A stretch of 64,000 nucleotides of DNA, from assembly GCA_013265495.1 (NCBI GenBank), contig MU058868.1:2287553-2351552 (forward strand), in the 5' to 3' direction. Of the stretch, positions 24,546 through 35,370 are shown piece by piece; within the stretch, counting starts at the first letter, position 1, and every line of letters begins with the position of its first letter. The position numbers and the translations under genes were made by a program. The notes below the pieces were generated by a model. The model worked only from the letters and a program-made list of their open reading frames with translations. It made no database searches and was not told the DNA's origin. Origin of the DNA: Vicugna vicugna (taxonomy: Eukaryota).

Positions 24546-27500
24546 GACAGACTTCATGCTGGGGCCCCGAGTGTCAGGCCCACAGTCTGACCGGCAGTCA
24601 TCGCGCTTTGTCCTCACCCCCCATCCAGCCCCGGTGCTCAGGCCGGCGCTCTCCCTCGAGGTGGATACGGCTGTGGATGCAGGATGTGGCCGTAGGGAAG
24701 GCTGGGGTGAGCTAGACTCAGGGCTGTGCCCAAGCCGCCCACAGGCCTGGGGCTGCCCCTCCCCGAGGCTGCTCCTTCAGGCTCCCAAGAAGCAAGAATG
24801 TGCCTTTCCTCGAACTCCTCGGCCCCAGGACGCAATGAAGACGAGAGAGGGTGGGAGTGGTCTGGGCTCACAGCCTCGAATTGTTCACATGGGCTCAGAG
24901 CCCAGTCCAGTCCAGTCCAGGTGATGTAGGAATGGCCCCCAGGCAGGTTGTGTTGACCGGTGCAAACTTCTCCCCAATTATGGGACGGTTTAAATCAAAA
25001 CACTTAAACCTCCGTCTTAAACCCAGCTGGTGTGGCTTTCATCTCTTCTTTCCCAGGGAATAAGAAAGTCATGATGACACCAGAAAGCATCTTGCCCCTC
25101 TGCACGTGGCCCAGCTGGCTTTCTCCTCCACCGTGAGCCCCACGCTCAGAGCCAGGTCCTGATGTCAGCATGTGACCTCAGGCAAGCTTGTCCCTCCCTG
25201 GGCCTCAGACCCCCATCTTCTCCCTGTCAGTCGAGAAGGAGGGTCTCTAGGAGTGGTCTATGCTCACATCTGCAAGGGAGCCTTGTGTGCAGGGCTTGTG
25301 TGCTGGCCCTGCAGGCGCCACCTCCACCCGCTCCCCAGACCACCCAGTAAGGGGCCCTGGGGGTCTAGCAGCAGGGCGGGTGCTGGCCGTGCTTGCCCTC
25401 AGCCCCCCTGCAGCACAACTGGGGGTTGTCCCCGTCGTCCCAGAGGATGGCTGGGGAGCAAGCCACCAGAGACCCCCAAGTTAGTCGGGGATCTCTCAGC
25501 TGGTGCCTGGGACCTCCCCTCTCCCACATTTGTACTTTTCACCACGTAGTTGAAGTCCAGATGCTTCCAGAGCACCATGGATTTTCAGTTCATTTGCAAC
25601 CTAAGGACAGGGATTGAGGATGACCTGATGCCAGTCTCAAGAGCCTTGTCCCTGCCCACCCAGGTCACGGCCCGGGGGGGCTTCTGCCGCGGTCGCGGCC
25701 ACGAGTGCACAGGGTGGAGTGCAGGCGATTTTTTATGTTCATTGCCTCTTCTTCTGTTTTCCCAAGTCTCTGCAGTAGGATTTGTAATCAGAAAAGGAAG
25801 GAGCCAGATGTGGCATTCTGCCTGCTGGAGGTCCCGTGGAGGCTGATGGAGACCAACACACATTTCTGGCAGCCCCGAGCACAGTTACCAATGATCCAGG
25901 GCTCCACTCGCTGGCCAGTGGTCCCAGGGCGAACCCTCTGTGTGGCACTGACCCCCAGCCCAGGAGGAGCAGCCTCTCCCCTCCTCCCGCCCCGGCTCCA
26001 GCTCCCCGCCCTGTGGCTGGTCAGCAAGTGGCGGGAGCACCCCTGCCCGCTGCCTCCTGCACCAGCCACAGCCAGAGAGCCCGTTCAGGGCTGCGGTGGG
26101 GACACCTGCACTCAGCTGACAATTACCTGGTAGATGCTGCCTCTCTAGCCCCCCCAGGGTAGGGGGAAGTCACAGCCCCTTTCCCTCCGAAGAGTCTGTG
26201 GCACAAATCTGGTCATCTCCCCGGTGGTACAGCCACGATGCCTGGGACACCTGCAACGCATGCTGGCCTGGGGCCCCTCCCTAGCCTCGCTCGTCTCCTG
26301 GGCCCCTGGCCCACCCTGCGCAGCAGACCACAGCATCCTGCCTCTGGCCTAGCCCAGGCGTGATGGCCAGCCTCTCACAGGGTCCCCTTGCTCCCCAGAG
26401 GAGGGCCCGGGAGCTCTCTGGGGCCTCACAATGGCCAGACTTCAAGGTCAGAGTCAGCAGCGCCCTTGGAATTTGCTCCCCTCACTCTTCCTGTCTCTGC
26501 CTCAGCGTTGGCCCCTGGTTAGGGCCTCACCTGGTATTCCTGCCCCCAGGCTGGGGGCGGGACCTCACGAAAACACGGGAAAAGTTTTGTGACTCTCCCC
26601 TGAAAGAACCCCGGCCCTGGGCGGAAGCTCCTCCCTCCGCTGCTCCAGGACTTGACTGGCTCCTCTGCCTTTCGCCTTGCACGGTGATGCTTCACTGGGC
26701 CCTCGGTTCACACCTCCGAGGCAGGCAAGGCCAGCGTCATCATACCCACGGTGGAGGTTAATAGGCTCTCTTCTTGACACCCATTCGTCCATACGTCTAT
26801 TCATGCGTTCACCAGCATGTGCTCACGGCCAGTCGCTAGCATTTCCTGCTACCCCTCTGTGTCAGGGACTGATGAATAAAGCATGGCCCTGCTCCATCCT
26901 GAGGCCATGGAACCATCTGTGGTTCCCAGTGCTTTGACACCTCCCTTTCTGCTGCAGTCAGTTCCAGAGAAAGCTTGCTGTTGGCTGGTTGATTCCATCC
27001 CTCGTGTTTCAGTAGCTGTTTAACCTGATCTAAAGCTTTGGCTTTGGTGAAATTGATTTCAGAAGACAAGGAAATGATACTCCAGTGAAGCCAGTGAAAG
27101 CTGATCATCCAATTTCCACGAGGTCTCGGAGGTGCAGGTGCCAGCAACTGTTTGGACTGAATTCCCATCCTTGTGGCTCAAGGTTTAGCATCAACCCTGG
27201 GCTCCCAGCTGCTCCCAGCCACAGCAGGACAGGGTGTCGGGGAGGACTGGGCAGCAATGAGTACTTGAAGCTCTGACGTTCCTGTGTGCACAGTCTTTCA
27301 TTTCCAGTGTGGCTAAGCCCGCAGGCTTCTTGCTGTATCCCTCCTTATGAGGCCAGAAGCTCAATCACCGATGCCCTAAAATACAGCTCCCACTGGGCCT
27401 GGCCCCCAGGGAGCTCAGGGGCCAAGGAAGGTCTCGTCTCAGCCCCAAGGCCATGCGCTCTCCCTCTGCTCCCACCCTGCTTCCTTTCATGCCGCCTCCT

Positions 27501-28634
27501 GCCAAACCCACCTCCAAGTCAGATGCTGTGACCCACCCTCTGGCCGTGTGGTCCCCAAAGACCAGCATGCACACAGGCCCTCCTGCCACCAAGTGAAAGA
27601 CTGGGGAGGTCAGGGGCCCTAGTTCTTGTGGGTCTTCAGCCCCGCCCTTACCCTGTGCTCCATGACCCCGGGGTGGGGCAAGGGGCTTTGGAGAACCAGG
27701 GGGTCAGCAGAGCAGCCCCCACGAGCAGCGAGTTCTCCGTTCGGAGGTGGATGGCCCAACCAGGCGCCAGCCCCGCGCGTGGGCACAGCCCCCGGCTTGC
27801 CGGTCTCTCAGGAGCGCTCCGGCAGGGTGGCCGTGGGCCCCGGCCTGCGAGCTGGCGCTGGGTCCTCCGGGCAGTCGTCGGCACTGAGCTGTGTCCAGGG
27901 ACTCGCGGTCCCACGTCCCCTCCCCGTGACTGTCTGCTGGACAGGAAGCTCCCCGTGAGAGGGACAGGCCCTGGACCCTGCCCGCACCCCTTCCTGGATC
28001 CTGCGTGAGTTTGTGGGAACAGCGCTCAGGACGGGCCTCTGGTATCGGATGAGGGGACCCCCTGGGTTCCCGAAAACAGCTGTGCGCGGGAAGGGGCCTG
28101 CCCGCCCCTTGCCGAGCTGGACTAGCCTCACGCAGGGGCTCGAACCAAACATCTCCTTGCGCAGCCCCGGCCCAGCGCGACTGGCCTCCGCAGCTGGGTG
28201 GGCAGGCGGGGCCCGGAGCTGCTGGGGGCCCGCGTCCCCAGCACTGCAGGAGAGCAGCTGTCGCGTCCACGGAGCTTCGCAGGCGCTTCTGCCAGCGTCA
28301 GTGCGCTGTGTTTGCCGCCGAGCCTCCTCCCTGGGCTTGCTGCGGACAGAGGGGCGGCCGCTTGGAACCTAGACAGAGGCTGGACTGCCCGCCTCCAGCC
28401 TGACGGGCGGGTGCAAGCTAGAGGGGGGCTGCGGTGACCCACCCTCCGAGCTGGTGCAGCAGCACAAGGGCCAGGGCGGGGCGGGGCTGCCTGCCGGGAG
28501 AGGCGGCCACGCCTGGTCTGAGGGAGCCGGGGTCCTCTCCAAAGGGCATCGCTGGGCCTGAGTGTGCAACTGCCAGTTTACACAGCACAGTAGACAGTGT
28601 GACCCAGGAGGCAGGCTGTCAGTAAGAAGCATAC

Positions 28635-28825
28635 AAGTCAGCTCTGATGCTTCCTCGCTGTGTGTCTCCAGGCAACTTTCTGAACCTCTCTGGGCTTCTG
28701 CTCCTCATCTGTGGAATCGAGATGATCATAGTATCTACCCCAGAGGGTTGGCTTGAAGACCAAATGAGTTACTGGACGTACACCACAGCCCCTGGTTTAG
28801 GATAAACTCTCAGTAGATATTAACT
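28635..28825 (+). mobile_element. MIR SINE remnant
   Basis: gctgtgtgtctccaggcaactttctgaacctctctgggc...cctcatctgtggaatcgagatgatcatagtatctacc. Confidence 0.75.
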
Positions 28826-30479
28826 GAATGAGACACTTGCCGCTTTTGGGTGGGGAGGCTTACAAAGTACCCTCATGGTGCACGCACGATGCACAGCAGG
28901 TGCACGGTGTTTGTTCAGGGAAGGAGGACTTTTGCCCTCCCGGGGAGACACTTGCACTTTTGAGGAACACCTGCCCTCCTGGGAGGGTCCCTTGGGAGGG
29001 TCCCTGAGCAGCAGTGTGTTAAACGCTGGTGGCAGGTGTAGAATAAACAAAATACAGACAATCGCGGTTTTAAAAGTAAGATGCTTGCTCTTTCTAAAAG
29101 CTCCAGAAGTGTGGCTCTGGGGAGGAGACTCAGCAGCTCAAGCACTTCGTGTGCCTCTGGAGCCACCCTACCAAGTGATGAAACCAGGAGCCTGGGGCCG
29201 AGGACTGTCGCCGGGACAGGCTGGGAGGGAGGCAGCGGGCCAGTTCTCCAGCCCTCGATCAGAGCACAGCGACCTGCTCTAACCAGCACGTGGTGTCTTC
29301 AGGACACCTCACAAGTCTCGTCACCCCACATCCAGGTGAAAACCAGCCCCCTTCTCAGCCTCACAGGTGGATGTCGGAGACAAACCCACAGGTAGAGACG
29401 CCAGCGGAGAGAACCATCTGGGCTCAAATCCGGCCCTGCCTGCAAGGTGAGTTCCTCACCTGCCCAACCTGTGAAGTAAGGCGGGGAGGGGGCCGTGGGC
29501 ATCCTGAGGGGTTCAGGAATCAGCTAAGATGAAGTGTGTGAGGCACTGGCCGCAGAGCAAGTGCCCCGTGAGCGAGGTGTCCTCCATCCTCGCCCACAGC
29601 CACACTGGAGGTCTCCTGCGGGAGGTCACTCCAGTTCCCACAGTGCAGACCCTCAACTGGCCACGGGTGACCACGGGGTGACCACGCCATCATTTATCCG
29701 TCCTGTGCAGGCAGGTGCCTGAAGACTGGATGGTCACAGCCTAGGCACGAGGGGCTCTTGTGAAAGGTGGGGAGGACGTGTGGTCCCCCCAAGAAGGGTG
29801 TCCCTGAGTCTGAGTCCACCGCAACCTCTCAGCTACGGATGCCGAGACCAAACACAGCCTGAGATGTCATGAGCTTGGGTCACCGAGGATCCGGGGACAG
29901 GACAGACCCAGGTACCACTGAAGCCTGGGTGCAGCAGGGCCAGCCTCTCTGCCCCAGTGCAGGCTGCTGTCCACTAAGGGCACATGTGGCGGTCACCACA
30001 TCACCCCCAGCTCAGCAGCCCTGTGGCTCTGGAAAGATGCCCGTGGGGAGATCCTGATGAGCTCTATTAGGGCCAGTCACCCTGGGGGTTGGGGCAGGTG
30101 AGGGGGGGGTGGGTAGCCCACACCAGCAGGTGATGAAGAGGGTGAAACTGCAGGTGTCTTCAGGGAGTCAAAGAAAATGAACCATGGACAGTGAGGCACC
30201 GGGGCTGGCAGGCAGCAAGCCAGGCGATAAACCCCAATGTCTCACCTCATCCTGTGCTCTCCGAGGGCCTTCCTATCAGCCAAACACAAAGCGAAGCTGG
30301 AGGCAAGAGGCCCCTCAAAGTGGACACCCAGGTCAGAGGGCAGGGGTGGGAGGGAGATCGGGAGGGCTGGGCAGAGAACGGAGCCCTGCTGCCCAGCCCA
30401 CAGTGGGCTGCTGACCGAGGACTGGGCACAGTCCGTGTGAAAGAAGCCATAAAGCCCTCCTGCAAGGCACAAAAAACAC

Positions 30480-31125
30480 CCAAAATAGAAAGTCAGGGCG
30501 CTCCAACATCATCAAGATGTCGGTTCTCCCTGGTTTGGGGCATAAATTTGATCCTAATAAAAATTCCAACGAGCTTTTTTTCCACGAAGCTAAGGCTTGA
30601 TAGAAAGTTCCTGTGGAAAAACAAACAGGCAAGGACAGCTAAGCGCGCGGCGAGGAGCCGGGGCGGCGGGGCCGCACAGACGCCTCCTGAAGGCGGTGCC
30701 GTGATGACCCAGGCACGGACCCACGCACCCCGGGGCCACGGGGCTGGGAAGGGGGCCGATCCGCCGCAGGGGAGTCCGGCGCGTGGTGAAGCACGGGTTT
30801 CAGTTCGCCACAGCGATCACGATCTGCCAGGCAAAGCGGTGCTGGGACAAGCAGACAGTCGTTTGGCAGAAGATAAAATGGCATCCATTCCTCACACCAG
30901 GAGCAAGAAAAACTCAGGAGCAGAGATCAAAGCGTACACGGCTTGAATATACAAATACCAGGAGCAAACGCGGGCGAAGCCTTCTGCAAGCAGAGTGTAG
31001 AGAGGCTGCCTAGCTGTGAGTGAAACCCAGCTCCAACAAAGAAAATAGCGATAGATTTGTCCGCCAAAAAAAAAAAAAAAAAAATTTTGCATGAAAAAAA
31101 TAAGCAAAATAAAAGACAAGCTAGG
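30480..31125 (+). mobile_element. Old LINE-1 (L1M) ORF2 remnant, 5' part
   Basis: Residual peptides KIPTSFFSTKLRLDRKFLWKNKQARTAK and WDKQTVVWQKIKWHPFLTP resemble L1 ORF2 (IPxxFFxELEKxIxKFIWxxKRxRIAK; LDPFLTPY). Frameshifted. Confidence 0.8.
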
Positions 31126-31129
31126 AGAC

Positions 31130-31560
31130 ACTTGCACAGCGTGGCGGGACCTGGAGAGCGGCATCAAGTGAGCTGAGCCCGAAAGAGAAGGAAGCTACCC
31201 TAGGAGACCGTTTGCCCCTGGGATCTTGGAAAAAAAGAAAAAGACACAAATGAACTTATTTACAACACAGAAACAGACTCACAGACTTAGAAAACAAACT
31301 TACGGTTCCTGGGGGCGCTGTGGGTGGGGAGGGATAAATTGGGAGATAGAGATTTGCAGACACTAACTACTGTGTATGAAACAGATGAACAGCAGGTTTC
31401 TCTGTACAGCACAGGGAACTCTGTTCAGTAGCTGAGTGACCTGTAACGAAACAGAATATGAGAACAAATATATGTGTGTACAGGTACGATTGAAACATCA
31501 CATTGTTCACCAGAAGGTGACACAACAGTTTAAACTGACTAACGTCAATTAAAAAACAAA
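31130..31560 (+). mobile_element. Younger cetartiodactyl-type L1 3' end nested in the old L1
   Basis: gacacaaatgaacttatttacaacacagaaacagactcacagacttagaaaacaaacttacgg...cagcacagggaactct...A-rich tail matches the recalled artiodactyl L1 3' UTR. Confidence 0.85.
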
Positions 31561-31564
31561 AAGA

Positions 31565-32345
31565 AAGGAGAAAATATTTGGAACTTAATTCATAGGTAAA
31601 AGATGAATGTCTCTGGTGTATAAAAAACTTTTAAAAGTTGAGAAGCAAAAGCACAAAAATCAGAGACAAAGGGGCAAGCTGGAAGGAAGACAGCCCCCCC
31701 AGGCGATGTGAAAGTGGCCCTCGGACAACCGGAAAGCTCGTCGAGCCCTCTCATGAAGAGAGACGCAAACGGAAGCCAGGCCGAGGTACCGCTGCTCCCC
31801 CGTTGGGCGGGGGGAGGCTCGGAAGTTCGGCACCAGGCCCTGCTGGTGAGCCGTGGGGAGGCAGGCCGGCTCGGACACTGCTGGCGGGGACGCAGGCGGG
31901 CGCCCCCGATGGGTGCACCGCGTCTGACAGATCCACGTGCGGTTTGTCCTCCGACCTGGCAGCCCCACTTCTGGGCACTCACCCTGGAGCCACGCCCCCA
32001 ACAACACAACATACAGAGGCGCACAGGTGTTCATCACAGCCACGTTCGTAACTGCAAAACGGTGGCGGTTACAGGAACCCGAGGGGGGCGCTGCGGCCTG
32101 GAGGAGGGCGGTCTCCCAGAAGTGCTGTGGGGTGATTTCCAGGGGGGATTACGAAGCAAAAAAATCTGAGTGTGAAGCAGCCCAAAAGCGTGCTCCCTTG
32201 TGCTCAATAAAGAAGGGGAACAGGAAACTGCACACACGACTGCCTGTCTTTATAGGAAGACGCTCGGGGCAAGCAAGCAAGGAGCAGATGAGATCCGTCC
32301 CCTGCCAGGTTGCGGGTGGGGTGTGGCGCTCCTCTGATGACACCT
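31565..32345 (+). mobile_element. Old LINE-1 ORF2 C-terminus and 3' region, resuming after the insertion
   Basis: ggagaaaatatttgg..., gacctggcagccccacttctgggcactcaccc and ggtgttcatcacagccacgttc are GC-shifted versions of L1 ORF2 3' motifs. Confidence 0.7.
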
Positions 32346-32354
32346 GTGCAGTTT

Positions 32355-32507
32355 TTAAAATTTAATTTTTATTTTTTAGTTTAGTTTTTTTGGGGGGGTT
32401 AATGGGGTTTATTTATTTAATTATTTTTTAATAAAGGTCCCTGGGGTTGAACCCAGGCCCTCATGCGTGCCAAGCACGCGCTCTGTCACTTGAGCTGTAC
32501 CCTCTCG
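32355..32507 (-). mobile_element. tRNA-derived SINE (camelid Vic-1-like) with 11-bp target site duplication
   Basis: Minus strand reads gagggtacagctcaagtgacagagcgc (A box), gggttcaacccc (B box), then an A-rich (AAAT)n tail. Flanked by ctgtgcagttt at 32344-32354 and 32508-32518. Confidence 0.85.
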
Positions 32508-34767
32508 CTGTGCAGTTTGCCTGTGGAAGCAGGTGAATGTTCTACACATTAACTCAACTTTATTCAATGAGCGAGGATGAGAAAGGGGAAGATAAACTTG
32601 AAAGGAAACTGGAAAAAACCAAACTCAGTCGTATCCCATGTAAAGGACACAGGCACGTGAGACACCAGAAAGAAAATAAAGACAAACCCAAGGACCTTTC
32701 GGGCCGAGTGCTGGTCTGGGCGCCCTGCACCGGGGGCGGGGGGGGGGAAGCAGCGGGGGCGAAGTGGGCCACGTCTGGGGAAGGGCACGTCCCTCGGCGT
32801 CACTGTAGCCGAAGAAGGGAGACGGGACCCGGGACGGGAGGGAGAAGCGGGAGCTCCTCGCGGGGAGGGAGCGAGTCCGAGTTCTCAGTGTGACGTCACC
32901 GTCGCTGCACGTGCCCGGGGAGCGTGTTTGCACGCACGTGGGCCTGCCTGTCTGCAGACCACACGCACGCACGGGTCCTGGCTCTGCTGCCGCTCGGTCT
33001 GAGAGCCTGTGTTGATGACCCCTGGCGCCCGGACCCTGGTTTCGAAGACATCGCCCCCAGAAAGGAACCAGGCTTCTCGGAGAAATGGCTGCGTTTAGGT
33101 CTGGGGCAGGAATGCACTACATAGCCCGCAACATCCTGTTATGCCAGAAAGTAAGGAAATGCGGGGAAAAGGTGGCATGTCACCCAGACCCAGGAGCCGG
33201 CTTGCCAGGGCGCTCAGTGGCCAGGGTCTGGAGTGATCTGAGCATCAAAATAAGGATCCCGGTGGATGACAGATGTTCATACTAATGATAGAAACATACC
33301 TACCTACCTACCCACACATGTACACAATACACAGGCGGACAGGGACGCGCGTAGCTGCGTAGATCCATCCGTCCGTCCCTACAAACCCGCGTGCACACAC
33401 GGCAGGCAGCGGGACAGGTGGGTGGGTAGGTAGACGGGTGGGTGACAGACAGACAAGACAGAAGAGCTGTCGCTTTACTGGGATACCTGATGCCAAGTGG
33501 TAAATGTGCACGCAGCGCTGGGATGGAAAATCAACATTTGGCAACTTAAGATTGGATCAACAAGTCATTAATGCAGGCAGCATCCAGGGGGAGGTCTTGA
33601 AAAGCAGACTGTTCCCATGGTCTTAAACTGTCTCCTTCCCAGGCTGCTTATGAGTTGCAAGGAAATGCGGAGCGTTCCTGCAGCGGGCAGAGCTCACAGC
33701 TCCTCAACCAGCTCATCAAACACGCATCGCCGGCGAGAGGCAGGTGGAGGCCGTGTGCTCCGGATACGGAGTTTGGGCAAGACACATCTTCCGTGTGGCG
33801 CAGCAGCAGAGAACCTCATCAGGAGGAGCCGGCAGGCAAACCCCGAGGAGCACTGTTCTATTAAAAAAAACCCAGCAACAGCGCAGTCTTCCGAAGCACC
33901 CGTGACATGAAAGACAAAGACAGACCGCGGAAAGGAACCAGACGAGAGGAGAAGAAAGCGAGAGACAGAAACCGCGATCTCTGATCCTAGAGTGATTCTA
34001 GCTGGAGAGAGAGGGCGAGAAAGGACGTTGTCAGGTCGACTGGCAAAATGGGAATCTGATGGCAGATTAGAGAAAGGAGCCAGCGTCGTGGTGATCGTCT
34101 CGCCGGGTTACTTGAGAGAGCTGCTCTGCTGCTGCGGGTGAAGGGCCCGACGCCGGCAGCCGGGCTCGGACGGCTGGGGGAGGCCACGCAGCCGCACGGG
34201 GAGCGAGAAGGAGGGGGGAGAGAAAGCGGGGGCAGGAAACAAAGGACAAAACAAACAGGATACAGCGTTAGCCGCGATGGGCTCCAGGCAGACGGTGTGT
34301 GGTGTTCGTTGCGCTGCTTTTATTCTCCTAATTTTGCTGCAGTGTGAGCTTATTTCCAAATAAAATTTAAATAATAATAATAAAGCAACAACCTGCTCTC
34401 CACCTGTGTCAAGGTGAGGCGCCCGGATACTGCAGCCAGGCGCACTGCTCCCCAGCAGCCCCTCTAGAGCCCTTCACGCGAATGATGCCAGGACGCCCCA
34501 CCGTAATAATAGCACGGCTCGTGCAGTAAAAACAGCAGTGATCCGCCGTAATGATAAATCCCAGTGTGTGCACAGTGCTTAACAGTTTATGAAGCACTTA
34601 CCAGACCCTGTGCATCTTCACAGCGGTTCTGAGATGCACTTCCAATGGGTAAGATTTGTGTTATAAGTCACGCTTCAGTGAAGTTGTACATGTTTTAAAG
34701 GCGCGGCTCATAGCATTTGCTCTGCTGGGCTGTGGTGAGGGTGACGCGCCAGCTGTGGGGGTTCTAA

Positions 34768-34870
34768 AGCAGTTTCTCCAGCTGTGGTCCCTCAGTCCAG
34801 ATGGGAGCGGCCAGGGCGCTTGTGAAATGCAGACTCCTAGGTGCCATCCGTGGATCTCGGGGTGGGGCTT
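34768..34870. mobile_element. MER5A-like hAT remnant
   Basis: gcagtttctccagctgtggtccctcag...gcttgtgaaatgcagactcctaggtgccatcc. Confidence 0.55.
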
Positions 34871-35262
34871 CCCAGGGGATGTTGGTCCTAAGTGGAGTTG
34901 TGGGAAAGGCAGGCAGACACGGGGTGCCCCTACTTCCCCCCACTGGGGCCTGGCCAGTCCCCTGGATCAGAGCACAGCCTGGGAGCAGGGCCCGGGAGCA
35001 CAGCCCGGGAGAAGGGCCACACGCCCTGCACTCCCTCCTGCGAGGGGCCAGGCACTGTGCACATACGTCATTACCAGATTTCTCCACTGAGGACGTGCGG
35101 GCAGCCAGCTGGGACCCCTCACACCCACCTGCTCACTCACAGTGCCCAGCTGCGGGTCCCCCCTGCCAGGGCCCAGGACCCTGGCGTCCCTGGTGGAGGC
35201 TGGCTGTCAGAGAGGATGTTCATGTCGGCCAGTTCTCACCTGAGATGCAGAAGGCCTTTCCC

Positions 35263-35370
35263 TTTAATTGTGATAAAGTACACATAAAATTTGTCATTTG
35301 AGCCATTCTTAAGTGTCCAGCCCCGTGGCCTTAAGTACCTTCACCTTGGTCGCGGCATCTCCAAGGCTCA
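35263..35370 (-). mobile_element. L1MB-like 3' terminal fragment
   Basis: tttaattgtgataaagtacacataaaatttgtcatttgagccattcttaagtgtccag...ttaagtaccttcac. Confidence 0.75.

Noticed and set aside
300-30000. Hundreds of 60-270 aa ORFs in the track
   Set aside because: Pro/Gly/Ala/Arg/Ser-rich, open in many frames at once, with no recognisable domains. Typical GC-rich mammalian noise.
30191-30946. 251-aa ORF as a host gene
   Set aside because: Contains decayed L1 ORF2 peptide and lacks intact EN/RT domains.
32430-32507. tRNA gene (A and B boxes)
   Set aside because: No full cloverleaf; has an A-rich tail and TSD. This is a SINE, as is the copy at 61.9-62.0 kb.
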